A DNA stretch of 64,000 nt from Pseudomonadota bacterium (GCA_029776255.1 JAKOTN010000078.1:1860-65859); one strand, 5' to 3'. Numbered from the stretch's first letter, positions 20,352-30,472 are shown. A program made the numbers and translations. The notes: generated by a model not told the origin, from the letters alone.

Positions 20352-21031
20352 CCACCCACCGCCACGCCTGGTTCATCACCGGCACCGACACGGAAATCGG
20401 AAAAACCTTTGTCGCCTGCGCGCTGCTGCACACGCTACGTCGCGCCGGCTTGCAGGCGTTGGCGATGAAACCGGTCGCCGCCGGTTTTGACGAGCACGGT
20501 CGTAACGACGATGTCGAGCGATTGCTCGCCGCCTCGTCGATCCAGGCGCCGCGCGCCTGGGTCAATCCCTACGGTTTTCAGCCGGCGATTGCGCCGCACA
20601 TCGCCGCCGCCGAAGCCGGCCAAGCCATTGAACTGCCGCCGATTCTGGACGCCTTCAATCGCTTGCAAGACATGGCCGAGGCGATACTCGTCGAGGGCGT
20701 CGGCGGCTTCTGCGTACCGCTCGGACCCACGACCGACACGGCCGACCTGGCGTCACTGCTGCAATTACCACTGATCATGGTCGTCGGCATGCGGCTGGGC
20801 TGCATCAACCATGCCGTGTTGACACGGCAGGCCATCGCGGCGCGCGGTCTACGGCTGGCGGGCTGGGTCGCCAACCGCATCGATCCTGCGATGTCACGGT
20901 TTTCCGAAAACCTGGCAACTCTCGAAACGCGCCTGCCGGCACCGCTGCTCGGCGTCGTCGCACACGGCGTCACACCGGAAGACGCGTCACGATGTCTGCA
21001 CTTACCGGTCGAGGCGTGTCGCAACACCTGA
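20348..21031 (+). CDS. bioD: dethiobiotin synthase
   Basis: FITGTDTEIGKT, MKPVAAG, VEGVGG, LGCINHA. Confidence 0.92.
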   Translation: MTTHRHAWFITGTDTEIGKTFVACALLHTLRRAGLQALAMKPVAAGFDEHGRNDDVERLLAASSIQAPRAWVNPYGFQPAIAPHIAAAEAGQAIELPPILDAFNRLQDMAEAILVEGVGGFCVPLGPTTDTADLASLLQLPLIMVVGMRLGCINHAVLTRQAIAARGLRLAGWVANRIDPAMSRFSENLATLETRLPAPLLGVVAHGVTPEDASRCLHLPVEACRNT

Positions 21032-21041
21032 AACCAGACGT

Positions 21042-21068
21042 AAAAAAACCCGACCGTCTCCGGTCGGG
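21042..21068 (-). terminator. intrinsic terminator of the thiolase gene
   Basis: CCCGACCG/CGGTCGGG 8-bp stem followed by T7 on the minus strand. Confidence 0.75.
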
Positions 21069-21096
21069 CTATCGGCGAAACCCGATCGGATGACGC

Positions 21097-22278
21097 TCAG
21101 ACGCGCTCGAAGATGACGGCGATACCCTGCCCGCCACCGATGCACATCGTTACCAGCGCATACTTGCCGGCAACGCGCTGAAGTTCGTAAATCGCCTTGG
21201 TGGCGATAAACGCGCCCGAGCAACCCACCGGGTGACCGAGGGCGATCGCGCCGCCGTTCGGGTTGGTTTTCACCGGGTCGAGGCCAAGGCCCCGGCTGAC
21301 GGTGATCGCTTGCGCGGCAAAAGCTTCGTTGGACTCGATGACATCCATTTGATCGAGGGTCAGACCAGCCTTTTTGAGCGCCGCCTTGGTGGCCGGGATC
21401 GGGCCTTCGCCCATCACGTCGTTGGGCACGCCGGCGACCGCGTAAGCCACCAGACGCGCAATCGGCTTCTGTCCCGCCTTGGCGGCCAGATCGGCGGCGG
21501 CCAGAACCATGAAGGCCGCGCCGTCGTTGATGCCCGAAGCGTTACCGGCGGTCACCGTGCCGTCCTTGGCGAACGCGGGCTTCATCTTGGCCAGCGTTTC
21601 CATCGTCGTGTTCGCCTTGACGTGTTCGTCGGTATCGAAAATGACATCGCCCTTGCGGGATTTCAACACGATCGGCACGATCTGCGACTTGAAGCGCCCC
21701 TCTGCAACGGCGATGCCGGCGCGGCGTTGCGATTCGACGGCGACGGCATCCTGCTCGTCACGGCTGATACCCCACTTGGTCGCCAGATTCTCGGCGGTCA
21801 CTCCCATGTGCCCAACACCGAACGGATCGGTCAGGGTGGCGACCATCATGTCGATCGACTTGGTATCGCCCATCCGCGCGCCGGAACGCATCGCCGGCAA
21901 CATGTAGGATCCTCGCGACATCACTTCGACGCCGCCACCGACACCATAATCGGCATCGCCGAGCATGATGTTCTGCGCGGTGGTCACGATGCCCTGCAAA
22001 CCCGACGCGCACAGACGGTTGACCGCCATGGCCACCGAATCCATCGACAAACCGGCCTGGATCGACGCCACGCGTGCGACATAGGCAAAACGCGAATCGG
22101 TCGGAATGCAGTTGCCGACGGTGACATAGGTGATTTGCTGCGGATCGACACCGGAACGGGCGATCGACTCCTTCATCACGGTGCCGGCCAGTTCATGGGG
22201 TTCCATGTTGGCAAGGGAACCACCGAAAGTGCCAATGGCTGAACGGGCTGCACTCAGTACAACGACTTCTCTGCTCAT
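21097..22278 (-). CDS. bktB: beta-ketothiolase (BktB-type acetyl-CoA C-acyltransferase)
   Basis: NRLCASGLQ, NEAFAAQ, GGAIALGHPVG, CIGGGQG; MSREVVVLSA start. Confidence 0.85.
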   Translation of the reverse strand: MSREVVVLSAARSAIGTFGGSLANMEPHELAGTVMKESIARSGVDPQQITYVTVGNCIPTDSRFAYVARVASIQAGLSMDSVAMAVNRLCASGLQGIVTTAQNIMLGDADYGVGGGVEVMSRGSYMLPAMRSGARMGDTKSIDMMVATLTDPFGVGHMGVTAENLATKWGISRDEQDAVAVESQRRAGIAVAEGRFKSQIVPIVLKSRKGDVIFDTDEHVKANTTMETLAKMKPAFAKDGTVTAGNASGINDGAAFMVLAAADLAAKAGQKPIARLVAYAVAGVPNDVMGEGPIPATKAALKKAGLTLDQMDVIESNEAFAAQAITVSRGLGLDPVKTNPNGGAIALGHPVGCSGAFIATKAIYELQRVAGKYALVTMCIGGGQGIAVIFERV

Positions 22279-22303
22279 GAAGAAACTCCTGAAATAAAAT
22301 CGA

Positions 22304-23221
22304 TCAATCGCCTACCAGATTGGCAAGCCCCAACAACAACAACCACAGCACCAGCGCACGCAAGACCAGACTGACAACACGTTCCATGCGGTCAACATCC
22401 GTTTCATCGCCGGTACCGATCTCCGTCCGATCGACACTTTCGCCAGAAGCGAACGCTGGTGTGTCCAGACGAACATCCAATGCGCCGGACGCACTTGCCA
22501 GGACAATCCCCAATTCATCGGGTGACCATTTGTCGGCTTGCGTGCGCCAGCAATAGACAGCATCCTCGAAATCGCCAACGATGGCGAAACCGGCGGCGGT
22601 AAGCCGCACAGGAAGCCAGTCAATGATAGCAAAGGTTTGTCTTGCGAAGCGTCCAAATTCGCCATGGCCGGCGTCGGCGCGCCGCCCCCAAGTCGACGCG
22701 AAACAGGCAGCGACCCGATACAACACCGCTCCATATGGACCCGGCAACAACAAAAACCAGAAGAATACGGCAAACAGACGGCGGTGCGAATCGTGTAACG
22801 CTTGCGCCATCGCTTGCCGCGCCACATCGGCTACGGTAAGCCCAACGGTGGAATATCCCCGCCATTCGGCAAGAATCCTGCGCGCTCGCGGCAGGTCTTC
22901 CATGCGCAGCGCCAACCGAATCTGCGTGTAAAAATGGCTGGATTGCCGGAAACCCATCGCCAGATAGAGCACCGCGACGTTCCATGACCACGCCAGAAAA
23001 GGGCTCAGGTAAGCCAGCAGCACGGTGACTCCACCGGTAAACAGCAACGTGCCGCCGATACCGACAGACCAGGCAATGATCCCGTGCCGCCGTTCGCCGG
23101 CGTTGAAGCGGCGTTCGAGAAAGGTAGCGAGCCGGACAAGCGGCGCATGTACCAGATAGCGTGGCGGCAGCGGTCGAAACTGCTCAAGCAGCAAGGCCGC
23201 AAGCAGGGAAAGAAAACTCAT
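22304..23221 (-). CDS. CobD/CbiB(AmpE)-like membrane protein
   Basis: hydrophobic; LFAVFFWFLLLPGP.GAVLYR, IDWLPVRLTAAGFAIVG.FEDA motifs. Confidence 0.7.
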   Translation of the reverse strand: MSFLSLLAALLLEQFRPLPPRYLVHAPLVRLATFLERRFNAGERRHGIIAWSVGIGGTLLFTGGVTVLLAYLSPFLAWSWNVAVLYLAMGFRQSSHFYTQIRLALRMEDLPRARRILAEWRGYSTVGLTVADVARQAMAQALHDSHRRLFAVFFWFLLLPGPYGAVLYRVAACFASTWGRRADAGHGEFGRFARQTFAIIDWLPVRLTAAGFAIVGDFEDAVYCWRTQADKWSPDELGIVLASASGALDVRLDTPAFASGESVDRTEIGTGDETDVDRMERVVSLVLRALVLWLLLLGLANLVGD

Positions 23222-23308
23222 TCGCGAATGTTGCCGTATCGCCGTTGCGCCCGCCTGCCGGCCCGCGCCGGATCGGCGTTCGAAGGAAGCGGCAAGGAGA
23301 CGTGGAGT

Positions 23309-23959
23309 CTAACGAAACGAGGCGTCGAGCCCGCGGTAAAGAGACATGATCATCCCCGCCGTCGCCCCCCAGATGTAGTACTCGCCGTAAGGTATCGCAT
23401 CGTAGTGGCGCAGTTTGCCGCGATAATGGAGCGAGTGGCGCCGATGATTGACGGGATTCAACAGAAACGACAGGGGTACCTCGAAGGCCTCGGCAACCTC
23501 GAAAGCATCCAGGTGCAACTCGAAAGGCGGCGTGACTTTCGCCACCACCGGGGTAACACGAAAACCCGTACCGGTGCGGTACTCCGGAAGATAGCCCAGA
23601 ATTTCAACATGTTCGGCGGCCAGACCAATTTCTTCGGCGGCCTCGCGCAAGGCGGTATGCGCCGGCGACGCATCCGTCGTCTCGCGACGCCCACCCGGAA
23701 AACTGATTTGCCCCGGGTGATCCTTGAGATGATCGGTACGCTGGGTAAGCAGCACCATTGGTCCCTCCCGGCGCGGAACAATCGGAAACAGCACCGCGGC
23801 GGGCAAGAGTTCTTCGTCACCGACACCGTCTTCGAGAACAAAGCATGCCCTCGACGGCTCTGGAAGGAGGATGGTGCGCAATTGTTCGATAGCCAACTCG
23901 CCATTGCCGACTCCCGACAGGGAATCAAGCACGACGTCAGTGGCTGGCGACATTCGCAT
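23309..23959 (-). CDS. Nudix hydrolase, CoA pyrophosphatase (NudL) family
   Basis: PAAVL.P, LLTQRT.HL..HPGQISFPGG, ALREAAEEIG Nudix box, IWGATAG. Confidence 0.88.
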   Translation of the reverse strand: MRMSPATDVVLDSLSGVGNGELAIEQLRTILLPEPSRACFVLEDGVGDEELLPAAVLFPIVPRREGPMVLLTQRTDHLKDHPGQISFPGGRRETTDASPAHTALREAAEEIGLAAEHVEILGYLPEYRTGTGFRVTPVVAKVTPPFELHLDAFEVAEAFEVPLSFLLNPVNHRRHSLHYRGKLRHYDAIPYGEYYIWGATAGMIMSLYRGLDASFR

Positions 23960-24200
23960 CCTCTTCTATCTCGGCGCGCACCGCCGCCAGCGCATCGCGC
24001 AGCGTCTCTTCCGGCAAGGCGTTGATCGAGGTGACCACCAAATCGGCGGACTCCAGCGCTTCGCGCGGCAATTGGCGGCTGTCCAGCGACGCGATCAACG
24101 CCGCGCTGGCGCCGACGACTTGCAAGAGCTTGTGTCGCTCGCCCATCAAAATCTCAAGCTCGCGGCCCAACATCGTTATTTTTTCACTGCGATGGCGCAT
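23937..24200 (-). CDS. small conserved hypothetical protein
   Basis: 87-aa helical ORF coupled between the protease and Nudix genes; start could be 24173. Confidence 0.55.
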   Translation of the reverse strand: MRHRSEKITMLGRELEILMGERHKLLQVVGASAALIASLDSRQLPREALESADLVVTSINALPEETLRDALAAVRAEIEEDANVASH

Positions 24201-24211
24201 TTCAGGCTCTC

Positions 24212-24847
24212 CTAATAACGTTTCTTGAGGGTCATGGTCTGACCGTCGCGTTGCATTTCCATACGGTTCAAAAAACTCATGCCCAGCAGGGCAATTGGCA
24301 TGTCCTGCTGATGCACCACGGCGTCGACGCCGTTCAAGACGATTTCGCCCACCCGAACGGTATCGAGCTTAACCCGAGAAACCGTCGCCTGACCGTTTGC
24401 GGTGTTGACCACCGCCGATTGCCCCTTGCCGGCATCGATACCGACTCGTCGCGCCTCGCTGGCACCGAGCGAAATCATCGTCGCGCCGGTATCGACCAGA
24501 AAACGGACCGTGGTACCGTTGATATTGCCCGTGGTCAGGAAATGGCCGTTGTTATCGGCGGTCAATACGGCCGTTGCACCCGCGGTGCTGGCGGATTGCG
24601 ACTTGACATATTGGCCGACGCGCAAGGTACGCTTCTTACCGTCCGCTTCAATGGTCGCCGTCTCGCCATCGACCGATAGAACCTTGACCCCTTGCTCACT
24701 TTTTCCGTCGACCGCCATGATCTTCGGAGCACCGCCATCGATGGTCAGCAAAGCCTTGCCAGGAAACACGCCGGCTAGACCCACGTCGACCGCCAAGGCG
24801 CCTGGACACGCGCAAAGCAATACCGGCAGTGTCAGCGTCAGTCCCAT
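24212..24847 (-). CDS. retropepsin-like (clan AA) aspartic protease, TIGR02281-like
   Basis: GHF...G.INGTTVRFLVDTGAT, TANG, ALLGMSFL; N-terminal signal/TM. Confidence 0.85.
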   Translation of the reverse strand: MGLTLTLPVLLCACPGALAVDVGLAGVFPGKALLTIDGGAPKIMAVDGKSEQGVKVLSVDGETATIEADGKKRTLRVGQYVKSQSASTAGATAVLTADNNGHFLTTGNINGTTVRFLVDTGATMISLGASEARRVGIDAGKGQSAVVNTANGQATVSRVKLDTVRVGEIVLNGVDAVVHQQDMPIALLGMSFLNRMEMQRDGQTMTLKKRY

Positions 24848-25204
24848 GGACAGACGACGCCATGCAGTGGCATCCCCTTCTCGAACGATCATCTTCCCTC
24901 CACTACAAACGCCGCAAACACCGGCATTAAACCATGGCAACCCCTTCCGCTGCTGGCATTTTGACATACCAAGCCCGCCGCAACCGGCGATCATGATGTT
25001 CCGGCAACAGGACAGGCGGCGAAATTCAGCCCACAACAAACGATCGTTGTCGGAGCACGGCGCTCATTCAGACTTCAAACGAGCGGCAACGGACAAACAC
25101 CACCAATGGAACCGTGCAAACCGCGTCACTCGCGCGGCACGGCGATCAAGGACGGGAACGCTTCGCGAATGAATGCCCTTGAAACCGGGCTTGCAACCAG
25201 CAAC

Positions 25205-25648
25205 TCAGCGATAGACGAGTACCGGGATCTTGGAATGAGTCAGCACTTTGTTCGTTTCGCTACCCAACAAAAGCGCCGAGAAACCGCGGCGACCATGCGA
25301 GGCCATGAAAATCAAGTCGCAACCGGCTTGTGTCGCGGCATCGATGATCGCCTGGTAGGGAATGTCGCTGGTCATGGCGAGTTTCCTTACCTCCACTTCC
25401 GCTTGCCGGCCAAGTTCGACCACGAAATCAAGCGTTTCTTGTGCCTGCTGCTCGGCGAGCGCAAGAAATTTCTCGGGCGTGGTCGGATCGATCAACGCCC
25501 CTTCGCCGTAATAGCTGATCGGATATTCCGGCTTGGCGACGAAAGCGGTGATGCGCGCGCCAGCCTCCCTGGCGAAGGAAACGGCTCGACGGGCTGTTTC
25601 CTTGGAGAGATCGGAACCATCGGTCGGAACCAGGATATGCTTGAACAT
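25205..25648 (-). CDS. universal stress protein (UspA family)
   Basis: MFKHILVPTDGS, DLIFMASHGRRG..ALLLGSET.KVL. Confidence 0.9.
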   Translation of the reverse strand: MFKHILVPTDGSDLSKETARRAVSFAREAGARITAFVAKPEYPISYYGEGALIDPTTPEKFLALAEQQAQETLDFVVELGRQAEVEVRKLAMTSDIPYQAIIDAATQAGCDLIFMASHGRRGFSALLLGSETNKVLTHSKIPVLVYR

Positions 25649-25704
25649 GACGTGTCCTCCACAGGCAAGTGGACCAACTATAGGCAGGAACATCGACGGC
25701 AATG

Positions 25705-25718
25705 TTGATCGAAGTCAA
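25705..25718. promoter_or_regulatory. FNR-type box, class II geometry for the usp promoter
   Basis: TTGAT-cgaa-GTCAA; minus-strand TATAGT at 25682-25677 puts the box centre about 41.5 bp from the predicted TSS. Confidence 0.7.
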
Positions 25719-25832
25719 ACCACCGCCAGCGGCGATCGTCGGGTTCGCTTCGGTCGCACCGCGCTTTCTCTCCACGGGCATTCCTTGCTATCCTTTCCAT
25801 CCCAACGCCATAACCCACGAGAAAACACCACC

Positions 25833-26294
25833 ATGCACGATAATATTGCTCACCTGCTGACCGACGATCACCGCGCATGCGATACGCTGCTGGTCGCCGT
25901 CGAACATGCCGTGGCGAAAGCTGACTGGCCCTTGGCCAAAAGCCAGTTCGCGGTTTTCCAGGCGGCGATGCTGACTCATTTTGATGTCGAAGAAACCATT
26001 CTCTTTCCACGTTTTGAACAAAAAACCGGGAGCGCCATGGGTCCCACGCAAGTCATGCGCGGCGAACACGGGCAAATGCGCCAGCTAATGAACGGAGCCG
26101 AATCGGCACTCGCCGCCGGCGACGCCGACGACCACGCCGGTCATGCCGAAACACTGTTGATCATGATGCAGCAACACAACGTCAAGGAAGAAAACGTGCT
26201 TTACCCGATGTGCGACCAACATTTGGCGGAACAGTTCGCCACGCTCTTGCCGATGTTGTCGGAACAGATCAACAACCGGCAGGGCGCCGCGTAA
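25833..26294 (+). CDS. hemerythrin-like (HHE cation-binding) protein
   Basis: DHRACD, HFDVEETILFP, EHGQMR, QHNVKEENVLYP. Confidence 0.88.
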   Translation: MHDNIAHLLTDDHRACDTLLVAVEHAVAKADWPLAKSQFAVFQAAMLTHFDVEETILFPRFEQKTGSAMGPTQVMRGEHGQMRQLMNGAESALAAGDADDHAGHAETLLIMMQQHNVKEENVLYPMCDQHLAEQFATLLPMLSEQINNRQGAA

Positions 26295-26527
26295 TGGCGG
26301 GTAACGCCGACATCGTCCTTGACGCCCGGGGTCTCGAACCGCCGGAGCCGCTGGTGCTGACCATGCAGGCTCTCGAACGGCTCGCGCCGACGGAAAAACT
26401 GCTGGTACTTTTGCCACGCGAACCGTATCCGCTTTACCGTGCGCTGGCACTCAACGGCTTTTCCTGGCAAACCGCCTTCCGTTCCGACGGCACGGTGGAA
26501 GTGCTGATCGGGCACGAAACCTCGTAA
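26294..26527 (+). CDS. DUF2249/TusA-like small protein
   Basis: LDARGLEPPEPL, PREPYPLY; TAATG coupling at both ends. Confidence 0.75.
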   Translation: MAGNADIVLDARGLEPPEPLVLTMQALERLAPTEKLLVLLPREPYPLYRALALNGFSWQTAFRSDGTVEVLIGHETS

Positions 26528-27825
26528 TGCAAGCGCTGCTGTCGTTCGATCAGGCACCGCCATTTTCAGCACCGATACGGTTTTTCCTCACCGCGCCGCT
26601 GTTCGCCATCCTCGCCGCCCTGCTTATCCTTTGGGAGGGTCCCGATCTTTTCGTCTCGCGCTGGACGGCGGCGACGCTGGCATTGACGCATCTGATCACC
26701 GTTGGCTTCATGTTGCAGGCCATGCTCGGGGCAATGATTCAGATTCTCCCCGTCGTCGCTGGCGCGAATATCGCGCGCCCCCGGTTCGTCGCTGCCGTGG
26801 TGCATCTGGCGATCGGCAGCGGTGCGCTGTGTCTGTCAGCCGGCTTTCTGGGTCATCCGCCGTTCTTCAACCTGGCCGCCTTGTGTCTCGGCGTCGGCAC
26901 GGCGTTGTTCGCCGCCGCCGCCGCTTGGGCTCTGTATTCCGTTCAATCGACGAACCCCACCATTCGCGGATTGAAACTGTCGCTCATCGGTTTGGCTGTC
27001 ACCGTCATGCTGGGTCTGCTGCTATCCATCGCGCTTGGCGAATCGCTGGCGTTGCCGCTGTTGCAATTGACCTCGATACACCTAGCCTGGGGTGTCGTCG
27101 CGTGGAGCATCGCGCTACTCGCCGCTGTCGCTCTGGTCGTGGTGCCGATGTTTCAATTGACTCCCGCTTATCCGGCGGATTTCGCACGCCGGTTTTGCTG
27201 GGCGGCGATCGTGTTACCTATTCTGTGGAGCCTGGTCGACCTGCTCGGCTGGCAGATCGCCTCGACCACCCTGGCGAGCGCCATGGCGCTGCTAACCGGC
27301 ACCTTTGCCCTGCAAACGCTGCGTTTGCAATCGCAAGGCACACGCGCCCGGTTCGATGCCAGCCAGCAACTTTGGCGCGTGGGAATGATTTGCCTGATCG
27401 CCGCGTGTGGGCTATGGCTGTTGGCGCGCTTCCTACCGATGCTCGGCGACCGTCGGGAATGGCCCTTGCTATGCGGCATTCTGGTTTTCGTCGGCGGCTT
27501 CATGTCGGTGATCGTCGGCATGTTTTACAAAATCGTTCCATTTCTGGTCTGGCTGCACCTCCAGAACCGCGGTGGCGGACGGATACTGGCGCCCAACATG
27601 AACAAGGTCATCGCCGGATGGCAGATCGAAAGGCAGATGCATGCGCATTTTCTTTCACTCGCGACATTGCTGACAGCGACATTGTTTCCCGGCTGGCTGG
27701 CATACCCGGCGGGATTGCTGCTCTTGCTCGCCAATACCTGGTTGTTGCGTAATCTGGTCGCCGCCATCGTGTTTTACCGGCGACATTGCGCGCAAATTGA
27801 CGCGACCATTTCCGCCTCGCCATGA
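26527..27825 (+). CDS. polytopic membrane protein with intramembrane His residues (NnrS-like, uncharacterised)
   Basis: about 12 hydrophobic segments, THLITVG, VHLAIG, IHLAWG, YKIVPFLVWLH; operonic with DUF2249. Confidence 0.6.
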   Translation: MQALLSFDQAPPFSAPIRFFLTAPLFAILAALLILWEGPDLFVSRWTAATLALTHLITVGFMLQAMLGAMIQILPVVAGANIARPRFVAAVVHLAIGSGALCLSAGFLGHPPFFNLAALCLGVGTALFAAAAAWALYSVQSTNPTIRGLKLSLIGLAVTVMLGLLLSIALGESLALPLLQLTSIHLAWGVVAWSIALLAAVALVVVPMFQLTPAYPADFARRFCWAAIVLPILWSLVDLLGWQIASTTLASAMALLTGTFALQTLRLQSQGTRARFDASQQLWRVGMICLIAACGLWLLARFLPMLGDRREWPLLCGILVFVGGFMSVIVGMFYKIVPFLVWLHLQNRGGGRILAPNMNKVIAGWQIERQMHAHFLSLATLLTATLFPGWLAYPAGLLLLLANTWLLRNLVAAIVFYRRHCAQIDATISASP

Positions 27826-28214
27826 CGTACCCGCTGCTGAAACACCTGCATGTGGGCTGTGCGATACTCACCAGTGTCGGCTTCTGCCTGCGCGGACTAT
27901 GGATGCTCACCGATTCGCCTCGGCGGCGGCACCCGGCGGTGAGAATATTGCCGCATATCGTCGATACCGTTCTGCTCGCCAGTGCTGTCGCGATGGCCCT
28001 GCTCAGCGGCCAATACCCATTGACCGCCGACTGGCTGACCGCCAAAGTGATCGCCTTGCTGCTCTACATCGGGTTGGGAACGATGGCCTTGAAACGGGGC
28101 CGCGACAAGACGCAACGCCTCGCTTTTTTCATTGGCGCCTTGTTGTGCCTGGCCTACATCGTTTCGGTGGCGTTGTCGCGCAGCGCGCTGGGCTTTCTCG
28201 CCTGGGCCGTCTGA
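27822..28214 (+). CDS. SirB2-family membrane protein
   Basis: LKHLHV, PHIVDTVLL.SA, WL..K...LLLYIGLG motifs. Confidence 0.8.
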   Translation: MTYPLLKHLHVGCAILTSVGFCLRGLWMLTDSPRRRHPAVRILPHIVDTVLLASAVAMALLSGQYPLTADWLTAKVIALLLYIGLGTMALKRGRDKTQRLAFFIGALLCLAYIVSVALSRSALGFLAWAV

Positions 28215-28235
28215 GCGACCACCGGCGATTCCGGA

Positions 28236-28994
28236 CTATCCGCGCTGGTGAGTCATCAACTTGCGCAGACCGGGGGTGTCAAGAATCCGCACTTTCCGCT
28301 GGTGCACGGCAAGCAATCCCTCTTCCTGAAAACGCGAGAAGGCCCGGCTCACGGTTTCCAGCTTGAGACCGAGATAGCTGCCGATTTCGTCGCGCGACAT
28401 TCGCAGGTTGAATTCCGCCGGCGAGTAACCGCGCGCCTTGAAACGCTGCGAGAGATTGAGCAGAAAGGCCGCCAGACGCTCCTCGGCGCGCATCGTCCCC
28501 AGCAGCATCATCACGCCATGGTCCCTGACGATCTCCCGACTCATCACCTTGTGAAAATGATGCTGAAGGGTATGGATTTCTCGTGACAATCCTTCGAGAT
28601 GGGAAAAGGGAATCGCGCAGACTTCGCTGTCTTCCAGTGCGATGGCGTTGCACGAATGCACTTCGTTGCTGATGCCGTCGAGCCCAAGCAGTTCGCCGGT
28701 CATCTGGAAACCCGTCACCTGATCGCGGCCGTCCTCGATCAGAACATCGGTCTTGAAGAATCCGCTGCGGATCGCATAGATCGACTCGAAACCCTGCCCC
28801 GAGCGATAGAGATACTCCCCGCGCTTGAGGCGCTTTCGCGTCGACACCAGTTCGTCGAGTCGCTTCAACTCATCGTCCTCAAGGCCGATGGGCAAGCAAA
28901 GTTCGCGCAAATTGCAGTTCGAACAGGCCGTTTTAATTGCGTCAAACGCCTGTCTCGCCGTAACGGCTGTGGGCGGCATGTGCATCCTTTTCAT
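28236..28994 (-). CDS. fnr: fumarate/nitrate reduction regulator (Fe-S Crp/Fnr family)
   Basis: CSNCNLRELC N-terminal Cys cluster, fourth Cys in EVCAIPF, HTH IGSYLGLKLETVSR. Confidence 0.93.
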   Translation of the reverse strand: MKRMHMPPTAVTARQAFDAIKTACSNCNLRELCLPIGLEDDELKRLDELVSTRKRLKRGEYLYRSGQGFESIYAIRSGFFKTDVLIEDGRDQVTGFQMTGELLGLDGISNEVHSCNAIALEDSEVCAIPFSHLEGLSREIHTLQHHFHKVMSREIVRDHGVMMLLGTMRAEERLAAFLLNLSQRFKARGYSPAEFNLRMSRDEIGSYLGLKLETVSRAFSRFQEEGLLAVHQRKVRILDTPGLRKLMTHQRG

Positions 28995-29005
28995 TGAACC
29001 CGCGT

Positions 29006-29019
29006 TTGATCCACGTCAA
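29006..29019. promoter_or_regulatory. FNR box between fnr and hemN
   Basis: TTGAT-ccac-GTCAA; GATAAT at 29042-29047 gives about -41.5 spacing for hemN; 12 bp from the fnr ATG. Confidence 0.8.
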
Positions 29020-29074
29020 CCTGCCGATTCCAGCACGGCCCGATAATCCCAATAACAATTCACAAAATGGACCA

Positions 29075-30472
29075 ATGGACGCTGGCGCCGGCAACCTCGT
29101 TTTCGATCCGCAAATCATTCGTCGCTTCGATATCAACGGCCCCCGCTACACGTCCTATCCGACCGCCGACCGCTTCGTCGAAGCCTTCGGCTCCGAAGCT
29201 TATCAACACTGGCTCGGCAAACGGAATATCGGCGCCATCAGTCGGCAACTGTCATTGTACTTCCACATTCCGTTCTGCAATACCATCTGCTATTACTGTG
29301 CGTGTAACAAGATCATCACCAAGGACCACGGTCGCTCGGCCAAATACCTGCGTTACCTGGCGCGCGAGCTGACGCTTCAGAGTAGTTACCTGGAAGGCGG
29401 CGACCGGGAAGTCGCGCAATTGCATTGGGGTGGCGGCACACCGACCTTTCTGTCGCACGACGAAATGCGCCAGTTGATGAAGGAAACGCGCAAGCATTTC
29501 CAACTCGTCGATGGTGGTGAATATTCGATCGAAGTCGACCCGCGCAAGGTTGACCGCCGCACGGTCGAGCTGCTCGCCGAGCTCGGTTTCAATCGCATGA
29601 GCGTCGGCGTGCAGGATTTCGACCGCCATGTCCAGCAAGCGGTCAACCGGGTGCAGAGCGAGGAAGAAACCAACGCCGTCATCGACGCGGCCCGCGCCTG
29701 CGGTTTCAAATCGGTCAGCGTCGACCTGATTTACGGTTTGCCGAAACAGACGCTGTCCGGTTTCGGCCGCACGCTCGACCGCGTTATCGAGACCAGCCCG
29801 GATCGCCTGTCGATTTACAACTACGCGCACCTGCCCAGCCTGTTCAAGCCGCAGCGCCGCATCCTGGAAGCGGACATGCCGTCCGCCGACGAACGGCTGC
29901 GGATTCTGGCCCTGGCGATCGACAAGATGACCGACGCCGGCTACACCTATATCGGCATGGATCATTTCGCGAAGCCCGACGACGAACTGGCGACGGCGCA
30001 ACGTCAAGGCCGTTTGCACCGCAACTTTCAAGGCTACTCGACGCACTCCGATTGCGATTTGCTGGCATTCGGGATTTCTTCGATCAGCAAGGTGGGACCG
30101 ACCTATAGCCAGAACGTCAAGACGCTCGACGACTATTACGATCTCCTCGACGCCGGCGTGTTACCGGTTTATCGCGGCATCGAACTGAACGCCGACGATC
30201 TCCTGCGGCGATCGATCATCCAGTCCTTGATGTGCCATTTCGAGTTATCGATCGAATCGATGGAAATCGCCCATTTGATCGATTTTCAAAAATATTTCGC
30301 CACTGAACTCGACGATCTGCGCCACATGGAAAAAGCCGATCTGGTCCGCGTCGACGACAAATGGATCACGGTGCAACCTCGCGGCCGGATGCTGGTCCGC
30401 GCCATCTCCATGGTTTTCGACCGCTACCTGCGCGCCGACCGGCAACGCACCCGCTACTCAAAAGTCATTTGA
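29075..30472 (+). CDS. hemN: oxygen-independent coproporphyrinogen III oxidase
   Basis: GPRYTSYPT, YFHIPFCNTICYYCAC radical-SAM motif, HWGGGTPT, RNFQGYST. Confidence 0.95.
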   Translation: MDAGAGNLVFDPQIIRRFDINGPRYTSYPTADRFVEAFGSEAYQHWLGKRNIGAISRQLSLYFHIPFCNTICYYCACNKIITKDHGRSAKYLRYLARELTLQSSYLEGGDREVAQLHWGGGTPTFLSHDEMRQLMKETRKHFQLVDGGEYSIEVDPRKVDRRTVELLAELGFNRMSVGVQDFDRHVQQAVNRVQSEEETNAVIDAARACGFKSVSVDLIYGLPKQTLSGFGRTLDRVIETSPDRLSIYNYAHLPSLFKPQRRILEADMPSADERLRILALAIDKMTDAGYTYIGMDHFAKPDDELATAQRQGRLHRNFQGYSTHSDCDLLAFGISSISKVGPTYSQNVKTLDDYYDLLDAGVLPVYRGIELNADDLLRRSIIQSLMCHFELSIESMEIAHLIDFQKYFATELDDLRHMEKADLVRVDDKWITVQPRGRMLVRAISMVFDRYLRADRQRTRYSKVI

